NCBI GenBank assembly: GCA_963739515.1 | Contig: CAVUAO010000003.1 | Coordinates: forward strand, 912,387 to 976,386 | Length of the DNA: 64,000 bases | Reading direction: 5' to 3' | Source: an uncultured Chloroflexia bacterium | GTDB taxonomy: Bacteria > Chloroflexota > Dehalococcoidia > Dehalococcoidales > RBG-16-60-22 | Shown: positions 1 to 7,829 of the stretch, one piece after another | Layout of the letters: each line of letters begins with the position of its first letter | How positions within the stretch are numbered: position 1 is the first letter of the stretch | Translations under genes and position numbers: made by a program | Notes under the pieces: generated by a model | Databases searched by the model: none | Seen by the model: only the letters and a program-made list of their open reading frames with translations | Told to the model about the DNA's origin: nothing

Positions 1-373
1 GGTCGTGCTCGATATTTACTCCGGTAGCGCGACTGTTAAAGCTGTATTCCGCGCCGACCTTTTGCGCCCGCGCCGCCATTTCGGTGTCGAAAGCGGGGCG
101 GTCCAGCACCACGGCCTGGGTTTCCGGGCGGTATAGATGCAGGCGGTTGCCGGAAGGCGAAAAAAGCGTGGCGCTGTTTAGCTTGCGGTAAATACATTTG
201 TCCGGGATTTCCAGGGTGCGGACGCATTCCTCCCCGATGATGCCGGTGCAGGCGGTTTTCAGGCCCGGCCGCGCGTTTTTCTCCAGCACCAGGACTTTAT
301 GGCCTTTTTCCGCGAGGCGGCCGGCCACCCGACTCCCCACCGGACCCCCACCGACGATGATGGCGTCGTACAT
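1..373 (-). CDS. FAD-dependent oxidoreductase, geranylgeranyl-reductase-like (N-terminal part; gene runs off the window start)
   Basis: Own minus-strand translation from ATG at 373: MYDAIIVGGGPVGSRVAGRLAEKGHKVLVLEKNARPGLKTACTGIIG... It has a GxGxxG Rossmann FAD motif. It is absent from the ORF track because it is open-ended. Confidence 0.7.
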   Translation of the reverse strand, partial: MYDAIIVGGGPVGSRVAGRLAEKGHKVLVLEKNARPGLKTACTGIIGEECVRTLEIPDKCIYRKLNSATLFSPSGNRLHLYRPETQAVVLDRPAFDTEMAARAQKVGAEYSFNSRATGVNIEHD

Positions 374-712
374 TTACGCTTCTTCGGTCCCGGATTTGCG
401 CTTGATGAGTCTCCGGGCAAGGTAGACCGCCAGGCCGATAGCGGTTATCACGATGATGGTGATGAGGGCGTTGGTGCCGGTAATTTTTACCTGGAAAATG
501 AGGTTCAGTGCCAGGACGCTGAGGGTCACGGTGGCTATCGATATGCCGATGGACAGGGCAATCCTTTCGACGTTGTTTATCTTGTGGAAAAGGGCCAGTG
601 TCCAAGCGAAACCCGGTACGAAGAAAACGATAATGACCCCCACGATTGCCCGGAGGACGGGGATACTATTGAGAAATGATAAAAAACTGTCCTTGAGCGC
701 CCCCAGGTCCAT
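374..712 (-). CDS. small integral membrane protein, function unknown
   Basis: 112-aa ORF with three hydrophobic helices (VGVIIVFFVPGFAWTLALF, IALSIGISIATVTLSVLALNLIF, ALITIIVITAIGLAVYL). Its stop (374-376) directly abuts the ATG (373) of the downstream reductase gene. Confidence 0.6.
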   Translation of the reverse strand: MDLGALKDSFLSFLNSIPVLRAIVGVIIVFFVPGFAWTLALFHKINNVERIALSIGISIATVTLSVLALNLIFQVKITGTNALITIIVITAIGLAVYLARRLIKRKSGTEEA

Positions 713-834
713 GCCCTAATACTAACCAATTTTCAGTTCGACTTCAACTGCATATACCCTATCACAATCTATGACAGTTCTTGACAAATATTCCCGGTTA
801 GTATTATCATGAATAATGAGCATATGCCCATAAT

Positions 835-1263
835 ATGAGGCAAAAAATGTCTAGACCATTTAAATGTCGGCGAGTGGCTTTTGTTCCGGACGTGACCTAT
901 TTTAAACCGGCGGGTATACCACTGAGATTTTTAGAAGAGGTATCCATGTCGATAGAAGAAGCTGAAGCTTTACGTCTTAAGGACCTGGAAGGATTCAAGC
1001 AGGAGCAAGGGGCTGAAAAGATGAATGTTTCCCGTCCTACTTTCCAGCGTGTCCTGGCATCGGCAAGACAAAAAGTCGCAGATGCCCTTCTTAACGGCAA
1101 AGCTATCAGGATCAATGGCGGCAACTTCGAGATGACATGGCGCCGGTTCCGCTGTCAGCGGGGGCACGAATGGGAATTGGAAACGCCGGTTTCCGTATTA
1201 CCGGAAGCCTGTCCAAGGTGTCATGAGCCGAGCGTTGATCCGGTTGTGTCCGCCAGAAAGTAA
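835..1263 (+). CDS. DUF134/UPF0251-family predicted DNA-binding protein with C-terminal CxxC zinc-ribbon
   Basis: N-terminus KCRRVAFVPDVTYFKPAGIP...LEEVSMSIEEAEALRLKDLEG..QEQGAEKMNVSRPTFQRVL is the DUF134 signature as I recall it. The C-terminus has FRCQRGH...CPRCH. Confidence 0.75.
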   Translation: MRQKMSRPFKCRRVAFVPDVTYFKPAGIPLRFLEEVSMSIEEAEALRLKDLEGFKQEQGAEKMNVSRPTFQRVLASARQKVADALLNGKAIRINGGNFEMTWRRFRCQRGHEWELETPVSVLPEACPRCHEPSVDPVVSARK

Positions 1264-1281
1264 TAAGGGAGAATTAGGCTG

Positions 1282-1608
1282 ATGGAACGTCGGTTACTGT
1301 GTAAGAAGTGCCGGAATGTATTCGACATGCCAATCTCCGATAGCGCTTCACCGGTCGCGGAGATACATTGCCCGTTGTGCTGCGGCACCGATGTCATCGA
1401 AGCTCCTGCCTGGGCGCCTCTAGGCTCCGGCTTTAATATTTTTGAAAATGATACCTGGGAATACCAATGCCAGGAATGCAAGAATACCTTCAAATTACCT
1501 AATCCTAAAAGCCCGGCGGAGGGAAAAAGCCGGATATGCCTGTTCTGCAGCAGTAATCATTTACATTTAATGACTGACAACGGAGCCATACCGCTATATT
1601 GCGGCTGA
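1282..1608 (+). CDS. zinc-ribbon domain protein (two CxxC...CxxC modules)
   Basis: CKKCRNVF...HCPLCCG and CQECKNTF...CLFCSS motifs. It lies between the DUF134 and NifX-like genes on the same strand. Confidence 0.55.
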   Translation: MERRLLCKKCRNVFDMPISDSASPVAEIHCPLCCGTDVIEAPAWAPLGSGFNIFENDTWEYQCQECKNTFKLPNPKSPAEGKSRICLFCSSNHLHLMTDNGAIPLYCG

Positions 1609-1692
1609 TAATTACTACATTGAGGCCGTGAGCCTCATTCAACATAGATTCCCGCATACGCAACCTTAAAAAAATAAAGGAGTGAAACAGTT

Positions 1693-2091
1693 ATGAAAAT
1701 TGCCGCAGTATCTGAAGATGGGGCCACTATCAGCCAGCACTTCGGGCGGGCACCGCTATATGTCGTGGTTACGGTAGAAAATGGAAAGATTGTGAGCAAG
1801 GAAAACAGAGACAAGGCAGGTCACCGCACTTTTGCCGGCGGTCAACATCCTGAAATGGCGCCTGGTGAACGGCACGGGTATGACGCCGGTGCGCAGTCAA
1901 GGCACGCCGCCATGGCCCAGAGTATCGATGATTGCCAAGTGCTCATCGCCGGGGGAATGGGGTCGGGCGCGTATGATAGTCTGAAGAGCCGCGGTATTGA
2001 GACGGTAATCACCGACATCTCAAATATCGATGAGGCTGTCAAGCTCTATCTAGATGGCAAGCTCCCGAATCGCATGGAGCGGTTGCATTAG
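1693..2091 (+). CDS. NifB/NifX-family (dinitrogenase FeMo-cofactor-binding-like) protein
   Basis: MKIAAVSEDGATISQHFGRAPLYVVV...VLIAGGMGSGAYDSLKSRGIETVIT pattern typical of the NifX/NifB C-terminal domain family. An AAGGAG RBS lies upstream. Confidence 0.75.
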   Translation: MKIAAVSEDGATISQHFGRAPLYVVVTVENGKIVSKENRDKAGHRTFAGGQHPEMAPGERHGYDAGAQSRHAAMAQSIDDCQVLIAGGMGSGAYDSLKSRGIETVITDISNIDEAVKLYLDGKLPNRMERLH

Positions 2092-2139
2092 GCTGAATTG
2101 GTCTTAAGGGATCAACCAAACACCGAAAGGTCATTAACT

Positions 2140-4605
2140 TTACTCGAAAACCCCCTTCTGCCTCAGCCTGTCCACCTCGCTCTGATTCATGCCCAGGATT
2201 TCCGTGCAGATGCGGTCGGTGTGCTCTCCAAGTAAAACGGGACGCTGCACCGCCGCTTCCACCGCGGAAAGCTTTATCGGGGCGGGGTGGTAATAGCGCA
2301 GCTTGCCCATGTAGGGGTGCTCCATCTCACGGTAAAAATGATAGTAGTTCATCTGCGGGTCTTCGTTGATGTCCTTGGCGCTGGCGACAACTCCCGCCCC
2401 CACCCCGACCTGTTGGAGCATTTCCTCCACCGCCTCCGGCGGGTAATTTGACGTCCACTTTTCCACCAACTTATCCAGCTCGTCGCTGTATTTAACGCGG
2501 TCGGCCGCCTTGGCGTATTTTTTGTCCTGCGTCCACTTCGGGTTGCCGATGACCTTCACCAGGCTTTGCCACTCTGCGTCGTTCGTCACCGCGATAGCTG
2601 CCCACCTGTCCTCGCCTTTACAGCGGTAGATGCCGTAGGGCGCGGCAGAATCGCTCCTATTGCCTTTCGACTGAAACTCGCGGTGATTGACCTGGTAGTC
2701 GAGGATAAGCGGCGTCATATAGTTGAGGCCCGTCTCTATCTGGGAATGGTCGATGTACTGTCCCTTGCCGGTGCGCCGCTTGTAATCGAGCGCCGCCATT
2801 ATCGATAGCGTCGCGTACATCGGCGAAAGCTGGTCGGTGTAATAGGTCGATGGCGGCACCGGGGCTCTATCCGCCCACCCGACGATGTTGTCCATCATCG
2901 TGACGGCCGTCAGGATACTGCCGAAGCCGGGCTGGTCCGCCATCGGCCCGGTGTGCCCATAGCCGCAGGTGCGGAACATGATGATTTCCGGATTTACTTT
3001 CTTCAGCCCCTCGTAGTCGAGTCCCAGCCGGTCCATGACTCCGGCCGGGAACCCCTCCGCCACCACGTCCGCCCACGCTACGAGCTTTTTAAAAATGTCG
3101 ATGGCTTCCGCGTGTTTGAAGTTGAGGGCAATGTCCATCTCCGGGGCGGTGTGCGTTATCGAAAAGAAGGCGCTGCGTTCCAGCCCCACCGGTTCCCCCG
3201 GCTGGTTCGTGGGGGCGAACGGGGCGAAAAGCCTGACCGGGTCGGGCCTCGTCGACGTTTCCACGCGGATGGTGGTCGCCCCGTAGTGGCTGAGATAGTT
3301 GCAGGTATACACGCCCACTCCCGCCCAGCAGAGCTGGATAAGCTTTACCCCCTCGAAGGGCTTTTTATTGTCGATGGTTTTCGGCTTTTCCGCCGACTTT
3401 TTCCAGGAGTCGAGGGTTTTCAGGATTTCGTCGTTGTGCTCGCCGATGCGCGGCGCCCGTGTGCGTGGCCCGACGTATCCCTGCGTGGTCGTGACCGCCC
3501 CACCCGGGTATTTAAGCTTGCCTATCCCGGGGCAATCGATTTCTTTCCAGAATTTCCTGGCGGCGAGTTGAGGGTGCTTAAGGACGTCCTCGGCGTTGTT
3601 GCAGGGCCCGAGCTGGAAGCGGTTTTCTACCGCGAGCTTGAGGAGCTCGTCTTTGGTGTGGTTCATGAAGAATTTGCCGAGTGAGTCCATGAGCTTTTCC
3701 GCCTGTTGGCGCGTCATGTGTTCCCAGCTTTTCTTTTCCCAGTCCCAGCCTTCCAGGAACCCAATATCGATGCCGTCTTTCTTGAGGTATTCCATCATGC
3801 TCAGGTTGTTTTTGGCGGCGGTAGGATTCAGGAGGAGGTTGAGGGCGATATAGCCGTCTTTGCAGGGCCATAGTAATGTGTTGTAGAAGGTCGAGCCGTC
3901 TTTGAGGGCGACCGATGCCCGCGCCCGGCCGTGCCTGGTCGGGACTTGACCGAAGAGGGCGTAGGGTCCTTCCATTTCCGCCGAGCAGACGATGTCGAGG
4001 GCTTGTTGCGTGATGGCGTCGACGTGCTGTCCCTGGCCGGTACGCGCGCGGTGCGCCAGGGCAATCAGCGTGCCGGCGGCGCCGTTCATGGCGCCGAGGC
4101 TGTGGGTGTGCTGGTAGCTGACGGTGAGGGGCGGGCGGTCGTCGTAGCCGGCCGTGTAGACCATCCCGCCGAGCGCCCGCACGACGATGTCCGGGTCTTT
4201 ATAGTCTTTATACGGCCCTTCCTGCCCGAAGCCGGTGATAGAGGTCAGGACGATGCCGGGGTTGATTTTAGATAGGTCTTTATAGCCGAGCCCGAGCTTA
4301 TCCAGATAGCCGGGTGGATACGACTCTATGACGGCGTCGGCGGTCTTGACGAGCTTGAGAAATAGCTCTTTACCCGGTGGCGTGGTGATGTCCAGCGTGA
4401 CGCTTTTCTTATTGGCGTTGAAGGCGAGCCAGGTGAGGTTCTTCTCGGGGTCGACTTTGTCCCCGGGAAAGAGTCCTCTAAAGCGGGCAGGGTCGCCGCC
4501 GGGCGGCTCTATCTTTATCACCTCCGCCCCCCAGTCGGATAGCGCCCGCCCGCACATAAACGCCTTTTCCGTCGTAAGGTCTAGTATGCGGTAGCAGCTC
4601 AGCAT
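2140..4605 (-). CDS. fused double family-III CoA-transferase (two CaiB/BaiF-type modules in one polypeptide)
   Basis: Module 1: YRILDLTTEKAFMCGRALSDWGAEVIKIEPPGGD. Module 2: VKLIQLCWAGVGVYTCNYLSHYGATTIRVET. Start moved to ATG 4605 (MLSCYRILDL), which has GGAGG 5 nt upstream. The track start at 4638 lies inside a REP-like repeat. Confidence 0.85.
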   Translation of the reverse strand: MLSCYRILDLTTEKAFMCGRALSDWGAEVIKIEPPGGDPARFRGLFPGDKVDPEKNLTWLAFNANKKSVTLDITTPPGKELFLKLVKTADAVIESYPPGYLDKLGLGYKDLSKINPGIVLTSITGFGQEGPYKDYKDPDIVVRALGGMVYTAGYDDRPPLTVSYQHTHSLGAMNGAAGTLIALAHRARTGQGQHVDAITQQALDIVCSAEMEGPYALFGQVPTRHGRARASVALKDGSTFYNTLLWPCKDGYIALNLLLNPTAAKNNLSMMEYLKKDGIDIGFLEGWDWEKKSWEHMTRQQAEKLMDSLGKFFMNHTKDELLKLAVENRFQLGPCNNAEDVLKHPQLAARKFWKEIDCPGIGKLKYPGGAVTTTQGYVGPRTRAPRIGEHNDEILKTLDSWKKSAEKPKTIDNKKPFEGVKLIQLCWAGVGVYTCNYLSHYGATTIRVETSTRPDPVRLFAPFAPTNQPGEPVGLERSAFFSITHTAPEMDIALNFKHAEAIDIFKKLVAWADVVAEGFPAGVMDRLGLDYEGLKKVNPEIIMFRTCGYGHTGPMADQPGFGSILTAVTMMDNIVGWADRAPVPPSTYYTDQLSPMYATLSIMAALDYKRRTGKGQYIDHSQIETGLNYMTPLILDYQVNHREFQSKGNRSDSAAPYGIYRCKGEDRWAAIAVTNDAEWQSLVKVIGNPKWTQDKKYAKAADRVKYSDELDKLVEKWTSNYPPEAVEEMLQQVGVGAGVVASAKDINEDPQMNYYHFYREMEHPYMGKLRYYHPAPIKLSAVEAAVQRPVLLGEHTDRICTEILGMNQSEVDRLRQKGVFE

Positions 4606-4623
4606 AAGCCCCTCCGTTGGACT

Positions 4624-4730
4624 GTCATTGCGAGCCATCCTTCCAAAGAAGGAGGCGCGGCAATCTCTATGTCATCCTGAACGTAGAGAAGGATCCGTTT
4701 TCTCCGTCATTCCAGCGCAGGCTGGAATCC
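4624..4730. repeat. cluster of three REP-like imperfect palindromic units
   Basis: GTCATTGCGAGC..(nested hairpin CCTTCCAAAGAAGG)..GGCAATC; TGTCATCCTGAACGTAGAGAAGGATCC; GTCATTCCAGCGCAGGCTGGAATCC. Related units occur inverted at 31491-31573. Confidence 0.8.
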
Positions 4731-4900
4731 ACAAAAGGGGATTTTATATCCAGATAATTATAGTATGAAGAAGAGAGAGGGGGCAAATGGGAGAGCAGAC
4801 CGTGCGCTCCCCGTGACAAAATCCCATTCCCTTTCTCCCCATTTTACGGTACACTTTTATTAGTGAGCCACGTTCGCTCACCCTGAGCCTGTCGAAGGGT

Positions 4901-5067
4901 TTACATAAATTAAAAAACGAATAAACGGTATTTATAGCTAACTTACCATAACTCTAAAAACGAATCCCCCGGAAAATGAAGCTGGTTTGACATAATCTAA
5001 AAACGAATCCTGAAGCTATTCACTCGTGAAAACCCCCAAAAAAAATTTTAAAAAACGAATAACGAAT
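4901..5067 (+). repeat. array of 42-43-bp-periodic repeats with conserved core TTAnCATAAnTnTAAAAACGAAT (3 full units plus terminal AAAAACGAAT-AACGAAT doublet)
   Basis: AAAAACGAAT at 4913, 4956, 4999 and 5051, plus a half copy at 5061-5067. Spacings are 43, 43 and 52 bp. An inverted partner array lies at 31081-31264. Confidence 0.8.
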
Positions 5068-5072
5068 CCCGT

Positions 5073-5101
5073 TTGACATCTGCGCTCCTCTCCCCTATCA
5101 T
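5073..5101 (+). promoter_or_regulatory. sigma70-type promoter of tRNA-Pro
   Basis: TTGACA (5073-5078), 17-nt spacer, TATCAT (5096-5101). It ends 12 nt upstream of the tRNA 5' end. Confidence 0.6.
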
Positions 5102-5113
5102 TGATGTGTCCGC

Positions 5114-5189
5114 CGGGGCGTAGCGCAGCCTGGTCTAGCGCGTCTGAATGGGGTTCAGAAGGTCGGCAGTTCAAATCTGCCCGCCCCGA
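5114..5189 (+). tRNA. tRNA-Pro (anticodon GGG)
   Basis: Manual fold: acceptor CGGGGCG/CGCCCCG, D arm GCGCAGCCTGGTCTAGCGC, anticodon stem TCTGA/TCAGA with loop ATGGGGT, T arm GGCAG-TTCAAAT-CTGCC. CCA is not encoded. Confidence 0.85.
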
Positions 5190-5190
5190 C
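5148..5190 (+). repeat. attL-like direct repeat (3' half of tRNA-Pro)
   Basis: ATGGGGTTCAGAAGGTCGGCAGTTCAAATCTGCCCGCCCCGAC, identical at 17206-17248. Confidence 0.9.
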
Positions 5191-5305
5191 TCTAGCTTCA
5201 AAGAAAGCACCCGCGACCTTCTAATACCTCAAGAAGCCAAAGCTGGGTTGAATCTGTTGACGACCTTCTGTATAATTGAAATAAGGGCGGGTCCGCAAAT
5301 GAAAC

Positions 5306-5692
5306 ATGGTTATTTCCACGCGCCCGATGGCACCCACGGGGCCTTCTCTTAAGTCCCTGATCAACGGCTTCGTGCTCACGAAGCAAACCGACGGCAAAAG
5401 CCCGCGCACGGTAGAATTCTACGGCGAAAACCTCAAGCGTTTCCTTTGGTATTCCCAACAAAAAGCTTGGCCTGATGATATCCGTATGTTCAATGAATGG
5501 GACATTCGGGAGTTTCTAGGCTATGTTGCCAATGAGACTAACAGGTGGGGATTGGCAGGAAATGGATCAGAGCCAGCGCAACGTAAAGTGTCCCATACTA
5601 CAGTCCATCACTATTACGTTGTCCTGGCGAACTTCTTCGGCTGGGTTGTTCGTGAAGGTTTCCTGACTGAAAACCCGACCTCCAAATGTTGA
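5306..5692 (+). pseudogene. tyrosine recombinase/integrase, N-terminal SAM-like core-binding domain only (catalytic domain missing)
   Basis: The 128-aa ORF ...FVLTKQTDGKSPRTVEFYGENLKRFLWY...HTTVHHYYVVLANFFGWVVREGFLTENP resembles the integrase N-domain. It stops where the catalytic domain should begin. Confidence 0.6.
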
Positions 5693-5733
5693 ATCATTTT
5701 ATTACAGACAAAAGTACGCATGGAAGGGCAAAC

Positions 5734-5759
5734 ATCCCGATGTTTGTCCAGTGGTAGTT
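5734..5759 (+). repeat. 26-bp imperfect direct repeat, copy 1 (reads IPMFVQW-stop)
   Basis: ATCCCGATGTTTGTCCAGTGGTAGTT is 23/26 identical to 10760-10785. Confidence 0.75.
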
Positions 5760-5839
5760 TAAATTCAGGATAAAAAACAGGGGGGAGCGTTTCCGCTTAC
5801 CCTTTTTACTTAGGATTCTTCTAATTCTCTGACATTCAG

Positions 5840-6751
5840 CTAGAGTATACCTCTTAATCTCGGGTCCAGCGCATCTCTTAAGCCATCGCCGACCATGTTG
5901 AAGCCAAAGACGACCAGCATGATGCATATTCCAGGCGCAAATGATAGTATCGGGCTAGTCAGGATGAACTTATAGCCGTCACTGATCATGCTGCCCCAAG
6001 CAGCTTCCGGCGGCTGTATGCCTACGCCCAGGAAGCTAAGGCCGGCTTCGGCCAAAATCGTAGTACCCAGGCCAATTGTCGTAACGACGAGAATAGAGGG
6101 AAAGGCGTTGGGGAATACATGTCTCAACATCATCCTCAGGTCGCCTGCCCCCAACGAACGTGCTGCGGTCACATAATCATTCTGCATTATTGTCATGGCC
6201 TGGCCGCACATCATCCGGCATTGCACCGGTATCATACCGATGCCAAGGGCGATAATCACATTCTTAAGTCCGGCACCGAGAGCTGAAGCAATTACCATGG
6301 CAATTAGTAACATTGGAATTGCCATTAAAGTATCGGTAAATCTCATGATAATTTGGAAGACAAACCCACCAAAGTAGGCCGCCATTAGTCCCAGAGCCTC
6401 TCCGATGATGGCCGAAGCGCCGATCGCGCCGATCGCTACCATTAGCGAGACCCGCGAACCATAGATTACCCGGCTTAACGTATCTCTCCCGACTGAATCT
6501 GTGCCCAAAAGGTGTTCGCGGCTCGGTTGCTGCAGGACTTGAGTCATGTCCATTTTGTTGGGCTGGTAAGGAGCTAGCCACGGGGCAAAAATCGCCACCA
6601 GGATTAGGGCAACGATGATGATAAAGCCAATGAGGGCAAGCTTGCGTCCAAAAAAGACCCCCACTATACGCCTGAATTCACCGCGATGGGGAGGAGCCTC
6701 TTCCAAGCCGTTTGAAATTGCGCTGCCTAAAGTTTTTGAGTTTTTATTCAT
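5840..6751 (-). CDS. ABC transporter permease, DppC/OppC-type
   Basis: LIGFIIIVALILVAIFAPWLAPYQP...LLGTDSVGRDTLSRVIYGSRVSL, typical of peptide/nickel permease subunit C. Confidence 0.85.
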   Translation of the reverse strand: MNKNSKTLGSAISNGLEEAPPHRGEFRRIVGVFFGRKLALIGFIIIVALILVAIFAPWLAPYQPNKMDMTQVLQQPSREHLLGTDSVGRDTLSRVIYGSRVSLMVAIGAIGASAIIGEALGLMAAYFGGFVFQIIMRFTDTLMAIPMLLIAMVIASALGAGLKNVIIALGIGMIPVQCRMMCGQAMTIMQNDYVTAARSLGAGDLRMMLRHVFPNAFPSILVVTTIGLGTTILAEAGLSFLGVGIQPPEAAWGSMISDGYKFILTSPILSFAPGICIMLVVFGFNMVGDGLRDALDPRLRGIL

Positions 6752-6760
6752 ATGACTTTT

Positions 6761-7723
6761 TTAGCCGTACCTAATCCTGGGATCAAACCATCCATAAGAG
6801 ATGTCTACGATCAGGTTCGACAATACTACGACCATTGCAATAATCAGGACACCAGCCTGAACAACCTGGTAGTCATGCTGAAAAACCGATTGGGTCAACA
6901 ATCTGCCCATTCCCGGAATATTAAATACCGTTTCGATAAGTACAGCGCCACCAAAGATCAGGCTGACCTGGACGCCCAGTATCGTTATCACCGGAATCAA
7001 AGCATTCTTAATTGTATGTCTAAATACGATAACACGCTCTTTTAACCCTTTAGCCCAAGCCGTTCGGATATAGTCCTGTTGGACGACTTCCAGCACACTC
7101 GACCGGGTCTGGCGAGTGAGAGAAGCAATTGAAAAAAGGGACTCACAGAACACCGGCATGATGACCCGGCGTATGCTTTGCCCGAAGTCGGTGAACGGGG
7201 AAACAAAACCGCCAGTAGGCAGCCAGTGGAACTCGAGTGAGAAGACATATATCAACAATATGCCTATCCAGAAGGAAGGTATAGTAATACCGATGTTAGC
7301 CAGCACAGTGACAAAGCTGTCAATCCACTTTCCACGCCGGACCGCGCAAATTACGCCAAATAAAATACCCAGGGTGGAACTAAAGATAAGAGCGAGTATG
7401 CCTATATAGAGAGTGATCGGCATGCGTTCTCTAATTAGGGTGCTTACTTCTGTGGTGTAAAAAACAGACTTACCGAGGTCGCCGTGAAATACGCCCCCGA
7501 TCCAATCCACATACTGCAGCGGGAGAGTTTTATCCAAGCCAAATTCGTGCCGCAGTTCATTAAGCTGCTCCAGCGTCAACTGTCCTGAACTCATCTGAGA
7601 TTGTGATATAAAAAGGGTAAGCGGATCACCGGGCAACAGACGCATGATTAGAAAAACGAGAACCGTCACCAGGAAAAGAACCAGAATTCCCATCAACAGA
7701 CGGCGTACGATATAGGCAACCAA
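6761..7723 (-). CDS. ABC transporter permease, DppB/OppB-type
   Basis: MVAYIVRRLLMGILVLFLVTVLVFLIMRLLPGDPL N-terminus is typical of subunit B permeases. Confidence 0.85.
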   Translation of the reverse strand: MVAYIVRRLLMGILVLFLVTVLVFLIMRLLPGDPLTLFISQSQMSSGQLTLEQLNELRHEFGLDKTLPLQYVDWIGGVFHGDLGKSVFYTTEVSTLIRERMPITLYIGILALIFSSTLGILFGVICAVRRGKWIDSFVTVLANIGITIPSFWIGILLIYVFSLEFHWLPTGGFVSPFTDFGQSIRRVIMPVFCESLFSIASLTRQTRSSVLEVVQQDYIRTAWAKGLKERVIVFRHTIKNALIPVITILGVQVSLIFGGAVLIETVFNIPGMGRLLTQSVFQHDYQVVQAGVLIIAMVVVLSNLIVDISYGWFDPRIRYG

Positions 7724-7829
7724 AGCGATTCTCCACCGAATAACAAAATCCGGGATATACAGGGGCAGAGTGGCTAAACTGCTATCGAACAGCCACTCTG
7801 CCCTACCTGATCATTTCAATAACGGTTGA

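Noticed and set aside
4606-4638. Track start of the fused CoA-transferase (MARNDSPTEGL).
   Set aside because: This sequence is the reverse complement of the REP-like unit GTCATTGCGAGCCAT. The ATG at 4605 has a well-spaced GGAGG and matches where family-III transferases begin.
4901-5067. The 43-bp-periodic arrays (here and at 31081-31264) could be small CRISPR arrays.
   Set aside because: The repeat cores are imperfect, with several mismatches per ~23-nt unit. The intervening ~20-nt segments share sequence with each other (AGCT..., AAC). There are only 3-4 units and no cas genes are in the window.
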